Assembly: GCA_963815115.1 (NCBI GenBank)
Contig: CAWFFN010000005.1
Location: 1,632,001-1,696,000, forward strand
DNA from: an uncultured delta proteobacterium
Lineage (GTDB): Bacteria > Desulfobacterota > Binatia > DP-6
Length of the DNA: 64,000 nt
Direction: 5' to 3'
Positions 47,401 through 54,977 of this stretch are shown piece by piece. Position 1 is the stretch's first letter; each line of letters begins with the position of its first letter. The notes under the pieces are model-generated. The model did not search any database and was not told where the DNA came from. It saw nothing but the letters and a program-made list of their open reading frames with translations. A program made the translations under genes and the position numbers.

Positions 47401-50254
47401 GGGCGGTGGACGGCCCCGCGTTGCGGACGACCAGCGTGTAGACGACGTTGGTGCCGGGGACGGCGGCGGTCAGCGGGCCCGTCTTGACGACAGAGAGGTC
47501 GGCCAGCCCATTCACCTGGTCGGTGTCGGTGTCAGCGACCTGGGAGGTTCCGCCCACTCCCGGCGGGTTCGCGGCGGTCGCCGTGTTGCTCACCGCCTCG
47601 CGGGCGTCGGCCGCGATCGTCGCGGTCAGCAGGAAGGTCGCGCTGGTCCCCACCGGCAGGTTCACCGTCGTGTCCAGGGCGCCGGAGCCGCTGCCCGCGG
47701 CGCAGCTTGCGCCTCCGCTTCCGCTGCACGTCCAGATGAAGCCACTCAGCTCGGGTGTCACCGGATCGGTCACGCGGACGCCGGTCACGGCGCTCGGCCC
47801 CGTGTTGCCGACCGTGATGGTGTAGGTCGTGGTGTTCCCCGGGACGGCGCTCGACGTGCCGTCGGTCTTCGTGATCGTCAGGTTGGCAACCGGCGCCGCG
47901 ACACTCACCGACGCCTGCGCCGCGTTGTTGCCCGTCGCCGGGTCGGGCGTGTCGCTCGTCACGCTCGCCAGGTTCACGATCGGATCGGGAGTCGTGTAGG
48001 TGCCGGGTACGGAGAACGTCGTCGTGACGGTCCGGGTGGCACCCGGCGCCAGGGTCCCCAGGGCACACGGGAACGCGGTCGTGCAGGCGCCGCTGTTGGA
48101 GACGAAGCCGAGGCCGGGGGGCGTGGGATCGGCGAGGACCACGTTGGTCGCGACCGACGGTCCGTCGTTGGTCACGGTGATCGTGAAGGTGACGTTCGTT
48201 CCCGCCACGGCGCGGTCGGGGCCGTCCTTCGCGACGGTCACGTCGGCCATGGCCGCCACCGGGCTGATGACCGCGGCCGGGAACGGCTGGAGCGACCCCG
48301 GCCCGTCCGCGTCGATCGTCGCGGTGTTCGTGATCGGCATCGTCGCGCTCGGGTCGACGACGACCTGGAACACCAGGCTCGCGGAGCGGCTGGCGGCGAT
48401 GACGCCTGGCGGATCGCCGGAATCGTTGATCAGCGCGCCCAGGGCGAAGGGCATCATGCCGCCGACGTCGGGGATGGCGACGGCGTTCAGGGTCGTGCTG
48501 CCCGGGATGTACGTCGTCCCCGCGGGGATGGGGTCGGTCAGCGTCACCCCGGTCGCTGCGGCGGTGCCGGTGTTCTGGATCGCCACCGCGTACTCGAGCG
48601 GCGCACCGGGCACGGCCGGTGTCGGCGATGCGGTCTTGGCGGCCTCGATGCGCGGCACCAGGGTCGTCACGGTGTTGGTCGTGAAGGTGCCGTTCTGCGT
48701 GGGCTGCCCCGCACAGCTCACGTACTGATACGTGAAGCTCGCCGTGGCGTCGTACTGCGCCGGCGCCGGGCTGGCGGGGATCGAGTTCACCCTCACCTGG
48801 AACTGCACCGTTTTCGAGCCGCCGCCGGCAACGGTGCCGAGGTTGACGCCAGCACCCGGGTTGGCGCCGGGCTGGACGACGCCGTCCACCTTGAAGCTCC
48901 CCGCAATGAACGTCGTGCCCGGGGGGGGCGGATCGGTGAACACGACGTTGGTCGCGTCGACGATCCCGGTGTTCGACACCGTCGTCGTGTAGGTGAGCGT
49001 GTCGCCCACGAAGGTCGTCGCCTTGTCGACCGACTTGGCTTGCGGGAACACCGGCGCGCCGACGTCGATCTGGAGCCCGAGGGCGGAGATCACGTAGGTG
49101 TCGCCGCTCGTCGTGCCCTGCGCGAACGCCTGGGTCTGCCCGTTCCTCAGCTGCGCCGAGACGTCGACGTTGGTGATGTCCCAGCCCTGACGGCCGCCCG
49201 AGGTGAGGCTGCTCGTGAAGGCGTTGGCGTTGCGGGTGCCGAAGGTGCCGCCGGTGTCGAGCGTACCGTCGTCGCGGTTCACCTGGGAGGCGAAGAAGTT
49301 GGTCTGCGGATTGTTCGGCCCCTTCAGCTGGTTCGTCGTCCCCAGCGGCGTCGCCGGGCCGAACAGCATCGTGTCGTTGGTCTTGTTGGCGTCGCCCTCC
49401 ATCGCGCTGACGGCGAGTCGACCGGAGAGCTTCCCCGCCGGCGGCGTGCAGAAGCCGCTCGTCGACGCCGCCGGTGCGCCGGACAGCTCCGAGCCGACGA
49501 AGAGCGCCAGGTTACGCACCGGCTTGGAGAAGTCCTGATAGACGACCGCGAGCGTCCAGCCCGCAGAGTTGTTGGTGTTGTCCGATGCGCCGACCGTCGC
49601 CGGCACGCCGCCGACCGTGTAGGTTCCGGTTCCGCCCGCCTGGATCAGCGAGGTGACGTTCGCCGTCCGGACGTAGAAGCAGTTGCTGGTGCAGCCAGCG
49701 CCCGTGTTCGGGCTGCCGAGCTGGCGCTGGAACGCCGGGTCCGGGGTGACGGTCGACGTCCCTGCCGGGGTCGTCAGCGTGATCGGGTTGTTGCGAGACC
49801 CGCTCACGTCCTGCCCGCCGAGGCCATAGCTGCCGCCCCACGTGAGCTCGGCGTAGAGCACCGTGCTGTTCGCGGGCAGGTTCAACGTGGCGCTCGAGGA
49901 GTTCTGCGCGAAGGCCAGGGTCGTGCCCGGGGGAAACGTCCCGACCTGGAGCGCCGTGTTGGTGGTGGTGAAGGCGCCGATCGCGTCCTGGGTGCCCGGC
50001 TGGTTCAGGTTCGACGCCTTGCTCAGGCCGAGGGTGTTGCCGGTGAAGCTGACGGCGCCGTTCGTGATGGTGCTGAAGCGCGTGACGTACTGCGCGTGGG
50101 CGGCCGTCGCGCCGAGCAGCATCACGATGATGGCCGAGGCCTCCAGCCAACGTGGGCGACCGGGACGCGCGATCTTGCCTACGGTACCCTCGGCCCGCGG
50201 TCGCATCGGCATCCTGCTCGTGCTCCTGACGGCCACCTCGGCCGGCTTGTCCAC
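41483..50254 (-). CDS. Giant secreted DUF11 (conserved repeat domain) surface protein, about 19 Ig-like repeats
   Basis: Signal peptide (..LLGATAAHA|Q), repeated DL.VTK....G....YTITV.N.GPS.A..V.V.D.LP, C-terminal CGNCIDDDQNGLVDAEDPAC. The start may be slightly downstream. Confidence 0.9.
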   Translation of the reverse strand: MDKPAEVAVRSTSRMPMRPRAEGTVGKIARPGRPRWLEASAIIVMLLGATAAHAQYVTRFSTITNGAVSFTGNTLGLSKASNLNQPGTQDAIGAFTTTNTALQVGTFPPGTTLAFAQNSSSATLNLPANSTVLYAELTWGGSYGLGGQDVSGSRNNPITLTTPAGTSTVTPDPAFQRQLGSPNTGAGCTSNCFYVRTANVTSLIQAGGTGTYTVGGVPATVGASDNTNNSAGWTLAVVYQDFSKPVRNLALFVGSELSGAPAASTSGFCTPPAGKLSGRLAVSAMEGDANKTNDTMLFGPATPLGTTNQLKGPNNPQTNFFASQVNRDDGTLDTGGTFGTRNANAFTSSLTSGGRQGWDITNVDVSAQLRNGQTQAFAQGTTSGDTYVISALGLQIDVGAPVFPQAKSVDKATTFVGDTLTYTTTVSNTGIVDATNVVFTDPPPPGTTFIAGSFKVDGVVQPGANPGAGVNLGTVAGGGSKTVQFQVRVNSIPASPAPAQYDATASFTYQYVSCAGQPTQNGTFTTNTVTTLVPRIEAAKTASPTPAVPGAPLEYAVAIQNTGTAAATGVTLTDPIPAGTTYIPGSTTLNAVAIPDVGGMMPFALGALINDSGDPPGVIAASRSASLVFQVVVDPSATMPITNTATIDADGPGSLQPFPAAVISPVAAMADVTVAKDGPDRAVAGTNVTFTITVTNDGPSVATNVVLADPTPPGLGFVSNSGACTTAFPCALGTLAPGATRTVTTTFSVPGTYTTPDPIVNLASVTSDTPDPATGNNAAQASVSVAAPVANLTITKTDGTSSAVPGNTTTYTITVGNTGPSAVTGVRVTDPVTPELSGFIWTCSGSGGASCAAGSGSGALDTTVNLPVGTSATFLLTATIAADAREAVSNTATAANPPGVGGTSQVADTDTDQVNGLADLSVVKTGPLTAAVPGTNVVYTLVVRNAGPSTARDASVNDPTPAGLNFVSTSGDCNTAFPCEFGTLLPGETRTITATFEVPLGYTSPNPIVNTASVFDTTTDPNPGNRSTSAQTPVDLNADVAVLKSVAPTSALVGDTVTLFVSVLNNGPNQASGVVITDVLPAGMTFVSASPQQGSYVPSSGQWQVGDLQNGANATLTMTAVLTQAGTITNTATKTSANEPDPDTSNDSAVATLNAAAAADVAIQKAVDNPTPSVGQIVTFVVTATNNGPSNASGITVTDALPAGLALVASTPSQGTYDAATGAWTVGAIPFPGSATLTVLASVNTPGMIVNTANKTQTEADPNPANDESSVSLNAGTTADIRVTKAISNPTPAVDQQVTFTVTATNLGPSPATGVLITDQLPAELTFVSATPSQGTYDPASGAWTAGSIAASQSAVLSITALVAQPGPFTNTAIKTSASEEDPNPGNDSGSVTATAGRVADLSVTKTDGLDTVVAGAMEIYTITVANAGPSTVTGASVSDTFPVVLTGVTWTCSATDGGACGTASGDGPIATTVDLPAGAAAIFTATVTVTPDAIGALANSASVTPPAGTTDPTPGDDTATDTTAITPSADVQVSKTASSGSVTAGDDITFTTVVTNIGPSTAVGVVVDDPTPTGLTFTSNGDACTTVFPCTLGTLAPGASATITSLFHIPGNYAGPDPIENTATASSATPDPVPANNAGSASASLSDRQATLTVTKDDGTASVVPGNPTTYTITVTNSGPSDASGVSVQDQVTVLSGATWTCSATGGGSCTTPTGAGSIDTTVNLPANTAATFVLTGTVPADATGTLTNTAEAMPPAGFANPGSGVATDTDELTPQADLALTKSGPPTVVPGNAAVYTIVVTNEGPSTATNVVVNDSTPSGLTFVSNSGDCTTPFPCTLATLAPRASRTITTTLLVPPGYQTPNPIVQTASVSSQTPDPVPGNDSASVQTPVDANADVEVTKSVAPATGILVGDSVSFTIQARNNGPNAATGVVVTDLLPAGLSFVSASPTQGAYTDSSGEWVISALAAGQSVELTIQAQVTQPGDITNLAIRTGGNEPDPNPGNESGAATINVAAAADVAVQKTADKTTPSVGESVTFTVTATNRGPSDATGVEVQDALPAGLALTSAAPSQGTYDAASGIWTVGDLTASTSATLTVVASVNTTGTLVNVARKTGQTEIDPNPLNDQASLSLNAAATADIDVGKTISTASPAVGGQVSFTVTATNHGPSPATGVVVTDLLPPGFAVVSAPASQGTYDEDSGTWTVGNLPATRSAILSITARVTRLGSFTNTASRTAGNEIDPNPANDASSVPGTTALVADLSITKTDGQTLALPGAPLTYTITVQNAGPSDVAGAPVGDTFPGPLTGASWSCSATPGGSCGTPGGTGAIATTVDLPAGGGATFIATATVPPDATGAVTNTASVRAPTGTVDPDPTSDDATDSTDLTSSANLGVTKAGPASAFPGERVSYTIVVSNAGASTATDVVVTDPTPPGLAFVSNGGDCMTAFPCALGTIAPSGSRTIVATYTVLPEATEVVNSATVASSTPDPDASDDTGSVTTEVGLVSPPPPTDADLEVSKTGTPTSAASGTQVTYTLRVVNHGPASASNVLLTDTLPAGVQLVSATASAGACTGGNPITCTVASLASGGTLTATIVVRVLPSASGALVDTATVRSDQPDPVATNNGATAQTTVPAQADLHLTKSVSPAQPRNGEALSYTLTVTNAGPAKATNVTVVDPLPSAVTPGTLTPSQGTCTTAVQVVTCVLGDLASGATATVAIVGTRANDNAFSNTATVTATEPDPNPSDDTATVATPGLTPEDCGNCIDDDQNGLVDAEDPACCTAQSLTFTQARFRPGKSTLRATATLAPGAFAGVDPRAQDVRVQIRADSGEQVCCTIGTQQWQKLFHQTYGFFDQRMTLCPPIKCVRLVVPRTGPAKATVILGRMKPGSPLLSPVEITIDTGSQCAAGRLSLQPKGKHGAGLP
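43082..48244 (-). repeat. Higher-order tandem duplication of a 7-domain DUF11 block (about 2.58 kb period)
   Basis: Repeat subtypes occur in the order A-B-A-C-C-C-B twice, with block starts at about 48244, 45664 and 43082. Confidence 0.7.
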
Positions 50255-50432
50255 TGAATCGACCTGCGCGCTCGTCTGTGCGCGGGACTATCGCCAATCG
50301 GAACGGATCGTGTCCAGAGGGTAGCGCGCGGGGCTGGCAGTGGGGTGCTTGGAATCGTTCCCCGCGACCTTCCGGGCCGCGCGCCAGCCTGCTGGCCTCC
50401 AGGCGCCATGGAGCTCGACGGCATCCATCCAG

Positions 50433-50468
50433 TGTCGCAGCTGTCGCACGAGTGTCGCACGTGTCGCA
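50433..50468. promoter_or_regulatory. Four TGTCGCA direct repeats, a putative transcription-factor operator
   Basis: TGTCGCA at 50433, 50442, 50453 and 50462 in the divergent intergenic region upstream of the DUF11 gene. Confidence 0.5.
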
Positions 50469-50665
50469 TCGACGAGGGCTGATGGTCGACGTTCGAGGCC
50501 CCTCGCCGCGACGCGCGGAGCAGCAACGTGATGACAATCGCGGCTGCGGCCGCCGTGGTCGACCCGGCCGCGTGATCTCGCCTGGCGGGTGCTCGGTCTG
50601 CGGTGAGGACAGCCGCGCCCCGCGATCTTCCCGGTCGGGCGGTGCCCTGCTAGGCTCCGTGCGCC

Positions 50666-51226
50666 ATGGAACGCGACGGCCTCCAGATGGTGGCGGAGCT
50701 GTCACACCGGGAACTCGTCCGCATCGCCACGGCAAGGGGAAGCCTCATTGACGAGAGCGACAAGGTCGGTGCCTTGCGCGCCGCTGGCCGGCTCCTCGAC
50801 GACTTGGGAGCGCGGTGGGCGCTGATCGGGGGGGTGGCCGTCGGTATCCGGTCCGGCGTCCCACGGGCCACTCTGGACACCGATCTCGCGGTGGCGAGCG
50901 AGGTCGAGCGGGACGCCGTCGTACGCGCGCTCACGGTTGCCGGATTCTCGCTGCGCGGCGAGTTCGCCCATAGCGTGAATTTCCGCCACGCCAGCGGCGA
51001 GCCCGTCCGGATCGTGTTCGATCCACGGTTCGATCCCATGATCGAGCGAGCCGAAGAGATCCGGTTCGGTGACATCACGGTGCGAGTCGTCACGACGGCG
51101 GATCTGATCGAGATGAAGGACCGCGCCGCCGCGGATCCGGCACGGCGTCGGAGCAAGGCGCTCCGTGACGCTGCGGACGCCGCCCTCCTCCGTGGCGACG
51201 TGCCCGATCCCGATGAAGGCTGGTAG
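50666..51226 (+). CDS. Nucleotidyltransferase family protein (DUF6036/AbiEii-like)
   Basis: WALIGGVAV....PRATLDTD and DLIEMK..A.....R..K...D motifs. Confidence 0.7.
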   Translation: MERDGLQMVAELSHRELVRIATARGSLIDESDKVGALRAAGRLLDDLGARWALIGGVAVGIRSGVPRATLDTDLAVASEVERDAVVRALTVAGFSLRGEFAHSVNFRHASGEPVRIVFDPRFDPMIERAEEIRFGDITVRVVTTADLIEMKDRAAADPARRRSKALRDAADAALLRGDVPDPDEGW

Positions 51227-51243
51227 GCCAGTCGTCCCGCCGG

Positions 51244-52170
51244 ATGCACTTCGGGATCCAGACGCCCCAGGAAGGCTCCACGTTCGAGGCTCTCGCCGCG
51301 CACTGGCGCTGCGCCGACGACTTGGGCTTCGACTCGGTCTGGCTCGACGACCACTTCTACTCGGTGGTCCGGCCGCGCGCGGAGGCGCAGGCGGAGGCCT
51401 GGACGCTGCTCGCCGCGCTCGCCCGCGAGACCGCGCGCGTGCGCATCGGCATCCTCGTCACCTGCAACTCGTACCGCAACCCCGCGCTGCTCGCGAAGAT
51501 GGCGGCGACCGTGGACGTGCTGTCGAACGGCCGACTGATCCACGGCCTCGGCTCCGGCTGGTTCGAGGACGAGTATCAGGGCTACGGCTACGAGTTCCCC
51601 GACGTGAAGACGCGACTCGCGCAGCTCGACGAGTCGCTCCGGCTGCAGAAGCTTCTCTGGACCACGGACCGCCCGTCGTTCGACGGCCGCTTCTATCGCC
51701 TGCGCGACGCCTGGTGCGAGCCGCGCCCCGTGCAGAAGCCGTACCCTCCGATCCTCATCGGCGGTGGCGGTGAGAAGATACTCCTCCGCCTGGTCGCGCG
51801 CCACGCCGACATGTGGAACTGCTCCGGCACGCCCGAGGAGCTGGCGGGAAAGATCGAGGTCCTCCGCGCGCACTGCGCCGCCGAGAATCGCTCCCTCGAC
51901 GCCATCGAGCGGACCTGGTTCGGCAACGTCGTCATCGACGTCGATGCCGGGCGGGCACGCGCCCGGCTGGAGCGGCTGGCGGCGGCATGGGGCGTGTCAC
52001 CGGACCAGATGGCCGCCCGCGCGCTCGCCGGCACCCCGGACGAGGTGATCGACCGCATCCACGCCTATCGGGATGCGGGCATCACCGGGTTCATCGGGAT
52101 GTACGGGCGGGTCGAGGACCAGCGCAGCACGCGGCTGGTCGCGGAGCGCGTGATGCCGGCCTTTCGCTGA
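51244..52170 (+). CDS. LLM-class (probably F420-dependent) oxidoreductase
   Basis: GFDSVWLDDHF, YRNPALLAKMAATVD.LSNGR and PPILIGGGGEK motifs. Confidence 0.92.
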   Translation: MHFGIQTPQEGSTFEALAAHWRCADDLGFDSVWLDDHFYSVVRPRAEAQAEAWTLLAALARETARVRIGILVTCNSYRNPALLAKMAATVDVLSNGRLIHGLGSGWFEDEYQGYGYEFPDVKTRLAQLDESLRLQKLLWTTDRPSFDGRFYRLRDAWCEPRPVQKPYPPILIGGGGEKILLRLVARHADMWNCSGTPEELAGKIEVLRAHCAAENRSLDAIERTWFGNVVIDVDAGRARARLERLAAAWGVSPDQMAARALAGTPDEVIDRIHAYRDAGITGFIGMYGRVEDQRSTRLVAERVMPAFR

Positions 52171-52184
52171 CCGGGCGGGCGCGC

Positions 52185-52454
52185 TCAGTCGTCCGGCGGA
52201 GGGTCGGGCCGGGGAGCGCGGCCACGCGTGATCGCCAGGCGCAGCAGCTTCTGGAGCGACTCGAACCCCGGGAAGCTCTGCGTCATGGTGAGGAACGAGC
52301 GCAGCAGCGAGAGCGGGTCGAACCCGTCGACGCCCGCGACCATGCGCTCGCGAATCGCGTCGACGACCTCCTTCTGGAGCTGCTCGACGTCGGGAAGGCC
52401 GAGCATCCGGCGGACCTCGGTGGCCGAGATGTCGAACTCCAGGCGAATCTTCAT
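52185..52454 (-). CDS. Small hypothetical protein (DUF6489-like)
   Basis: MKI...DI...E.RR.LGLPDV..LQ N-terminus. Confidence 0.7.
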   Translation of the reverse strand: MKIRLEFDISATEVRRMLGLPDVEQLQKEVVDAIRERMVAGVDGFDPLSLLRSFLTMTQSFPGFESLQKLLRLAITRGRAPRPDPPPDD

Positions 52455-52527
52455 GTCGCGTCCCCGCAACCCCCGGCTCCGGCGATGACGGAATCCGCCG
52501 GCGCCGGGCCGGGGTGGAGCGGTTCTA

Positions 52528-53139
52528 TCAGCCGGCGCTCGCGCGCTGGAAGGCCGGGCGCGCCGCGCACCGCCCGAGATAGGCGGTCGCGTTGGGAGAC
52601 TTGTCGCCCATCGAGCCCATCATCTGGCACCAGGCGAGCGTCGAGCCCACCATGACGTCGGCGGCGGTGAACTGGGAGCCGAGGATCCATTCGCGCCCCG
52701 CGAGCGCGCCGTCCACCACCGTGATCGCCGCGGCGAGCTGCTGCCGCGCTTCGTCGACGAGCTTCGGGATGCGCTCCGCCTCGGGCAGCCGCACGCTGTG
52801 CAGGAAGATCGTGACCGCCGGCGGCTCGATGCCGCACATCGCGTAGTGCACCCACTGGTAATACTTGCCGCGCTCGGGCGTCCCCACCGGCGGTGCGAGG
52901 CGCTTCTCGGGGAACTTGTCGGCCAGATACTGGCAGATGGCCGCCGACTCCCACAGGACGAGGTCCCCATCGACCAGCGTCGGGACGGCACCGTTCGGAT
53001 TGAGCTTCAGGTAGTCGGGCTTCTTCTGGTCACCGTCGGCGAGACTGATCGTCTTCACCTCGTATGGCACGGCGAGCTCTTCGAGCAGCCAGCGTGGACG
53101 GATCGAGCGACTCTGCGGGGAATGGTACAGCGTCAGCAT
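52528..53139 (-). CDS. Glutathione S-transferase family protein
   Basis: LYHSPQSRS, YLKLNPNGAVP, ESAAI and FTAADV motifs. Confidence 0.93.
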   Translation of the reverse strand: MLTLYHSPQSRSIRPRWLLEELAVPYEVKTISLADGDQKKPDYLKLNPNGAVPTLVDGDLVLWESAAICQYLADKFPEKRLAPPVGTPERGKYYQWVHYAMCGIEPPAVTIFLHSVRLPEAERIPKLVDEARQQLAAAITVVDGALAGREWILGSQFTAADVMVGSTLAWCQMMGSMGDKSPNATAYLGRCAARPAFQRASAG

Positions 53140-53258
53140 GGGCTTCCTCCCTCCGTCCGAACCATGCGCGGCCGCCGGTGCTGGAGCAAGTGCTCGCCCG
53201 GCGAACATGCGGCGTCCGGGGCGTTGACCGCGGAGCGGCTCCCCCGCTACACGGCGAC

Positions 53259-53714
53259 ATGGCCCGGCAGCCGACGTTCGCGCACTTCGACCAGAAGGTC
53301 GCCGACACGTTCAAGGCGATGAGCGAACAGGCGACCGGGCTGCCGGGTTACCTCGGCATCCGCTTCGTCGAGATGTCGCCCGGGCGCCTGGTGGCCACGA
53401 TGGCGGTGCGCGACGAGCTCCTGACGCCGTTCAAGACGCTCCATGGGGGCGTCATGGCGGGTCTGGTCGACCACGTGCTCGGCTGCGTCCTCTATCCGCT
53501 CATGCCTCGCGGACAGTGGGCCGCCACGACCGAGTTCAAGCTCAACTACCTGGCGCCGGTCTTCGCCGGTGCCGAGCTGCGCGCGGAATCGACCGTGGTG
53601 TCGCTCGGAAAGCGCACCGCCGTCGTACGGGTCGAGGTGACGAGCGGAGAGCAGGCCGTGTGCGTCGCCCAGGGGACGCTCCTCGTGAGCGACCCGGCGA
53701 AGCGAGACGGCTGA
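53259..53714 (+). CDS. PaaI family thioesterase
   Basis: LHGGVMAGLVD and TTEFKLNYLAP motifs. Confidence 0.9.
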   Translation: MARQPTFAHFDQKVADTFKAMSEQATGLPGYLGIRFVEMSPGRLVATMAVRDELLTPFKTLHGGVMAGLVDHVLGCVLYPLMPRGQWAATTEFKLNYLAPVFAGAELRAESTVVSLGKRTAVVRVEVTSGEQAVCVAQGTLLVSDPAKRDG

Positions 53715-53856
53715 GCCAGCGGCTCCCACCGATCGCAGCCAAGGGCGATTCAGGTTGACACTCGTGCCGTGCGCCGATAGGTAGCTACGTCCTCGCAGTC
53801 CGGACAGGAGGTGGGGGATTCCAGCTCGGGTTCGCCGTGGACGTCGGGCTCTTCTG

Positions 53857-54390
53857 GTGGCCATTCCGGCCCTGGTCCTGCTTTCCATCTTCGCCGTCCG
53901 AAGCTTCGCCACGATCTTTTCCGGCGGCGGGCCGCTGCCCAACGGAAGCGCCCTCGGCAGCGACTGCTACGCCTACGCCGAGTTCAGGGGGACGCTGGCG
54001 GTCCGGCAGGAGAAGTTCGTCAACTGCGCCGACGGGGATCCGACCTGCGACCTGGATGGGGTGTGCAACGGCCGCTGCGAGTTCCAGGCTCGCATCTGTA
54101 CCGGTCAGCCCGATGCGGTGCAGTGCGCTCTGCCGCCATCGCTCGCCCGCCTGCACGTGAGCCGGCGGTGCCCGCTGCCGCCGCCGACGACGTTGACGGG
54201 GTCGGCGTGCGGGGCCTTCGTCGATTTCGCCGTGCCGCTCAAGCAGGGCGGCCGCCGGCGCGGTCGCGTGCGCTGCGCGGCACGGGCAACGGCTCCGCGG
54301 GACGTCAAGCCCCGCACGGATCAGGACGTCTTCGTCTTCGCGTGTCTGCCGTGTGGCGCGTCGCCCAGTGGTGCCTTCGTCTCCGAGTGA
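53857..54390 (+). CDS. Secreted Cys-rich hypothetical protein
   Basis: Signal peptide, DCY.EF, C.DGDPTCDLDG..NG.C.F and C-terminal SPSGAF. Confidence 0.65.
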   Translation: MAIPALVLLSIFAVRSFATIFSGGGPLPNGSALGSDCYAYAEFRGTLAVRQEKFVNCADGDPTCDLDGVCNGRCEFQARICTGQPDAVQCALPPSLARLHVSRRCPLPPPTTLTGSACGAFVDFAVPLKQGGRRRGRVRCAARATAPRDVKPRTDQDVFVFACLPCGASPSGAFVSE

Positions 54391-54536
54391 GGCCCGCACC
54401 AGCGTGAAGAAGCGCTCGTCGTCGTCCTGGTAGGCGGGCTGCCCGGCCGCCGTGCGCGAAGCGGTCCGGCTCGGCGCAGGGTCCAGGGATTCTGCGGGTT
54501 TGTGCCCGAAGGGCGGCCTCGCGGAGGTTGATCTTC

Positions 54537-54962
54537 ATGCGTGTCCGCCGCCTCCTGCCGCTCGCCCTCCTCGTGCTCTCCTCGCCCGCTCTCGCCGTCC
54601 AGGTCGCCGCGGTCTTTGGCGGTCGCGTGCCGTGCGTCGAGCGCGACGGCGTCCAGTTCTGCCAGGGGAGCATGGGGGCGCGGGTCGAGAGCTTCGACGG
54701 CGTGCCGCTCGACGCCGACGTCACCCTGCCGCCGGCCGACCAGACAGGCCCCTTCCCGGTCATCTTCGATCTCCACGCGCGCGCCTATCTGGATCCTGCC
54801 GGTGGCTCCGATGGCGTGCGCGTCGTCCGCTTCGGCGGCCGAGGCGGGAGCCGGCTCAGCGTGAAGCTCAGCGCGAGGCTGGGCACGACGCCCGTCAGAC
54901 ACGCACGGGCGCAGCTCTTGAGCGGGCCCGGCGGCTGCCTCGAGACGGCGCGCCGCCGCTGA
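54537..54962 (+). pseudogene. Fragment of a secreted CocE/esterase-like protein (internally deleted)
   Basis: Signal peptide and SFDGVPLDADVTLPP....PFP.I (N-terminus of alpha/beta hydrolases), but no catalytic core. GGAGG SD upstream. Confidence 0.45.
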
Positions 54963-54977
54963 CGCCGAGCGCGTCCC

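Noticed and set aside
41483-50254. Possible CRISPR array or DNA repeat element suggested by recurring sequence
   Set aside because: The repeats are degenerate, protein-coding units of about 370 bp with no identical repeat-spacer structure and no cas genes in the window.
53755-53790. Perfect TTGACA -35 element upstream of the Cys-rich gene
   Set aside because: No convincing TAnnnT -10 at 16-18 bp spacing, so it is too weak to call.
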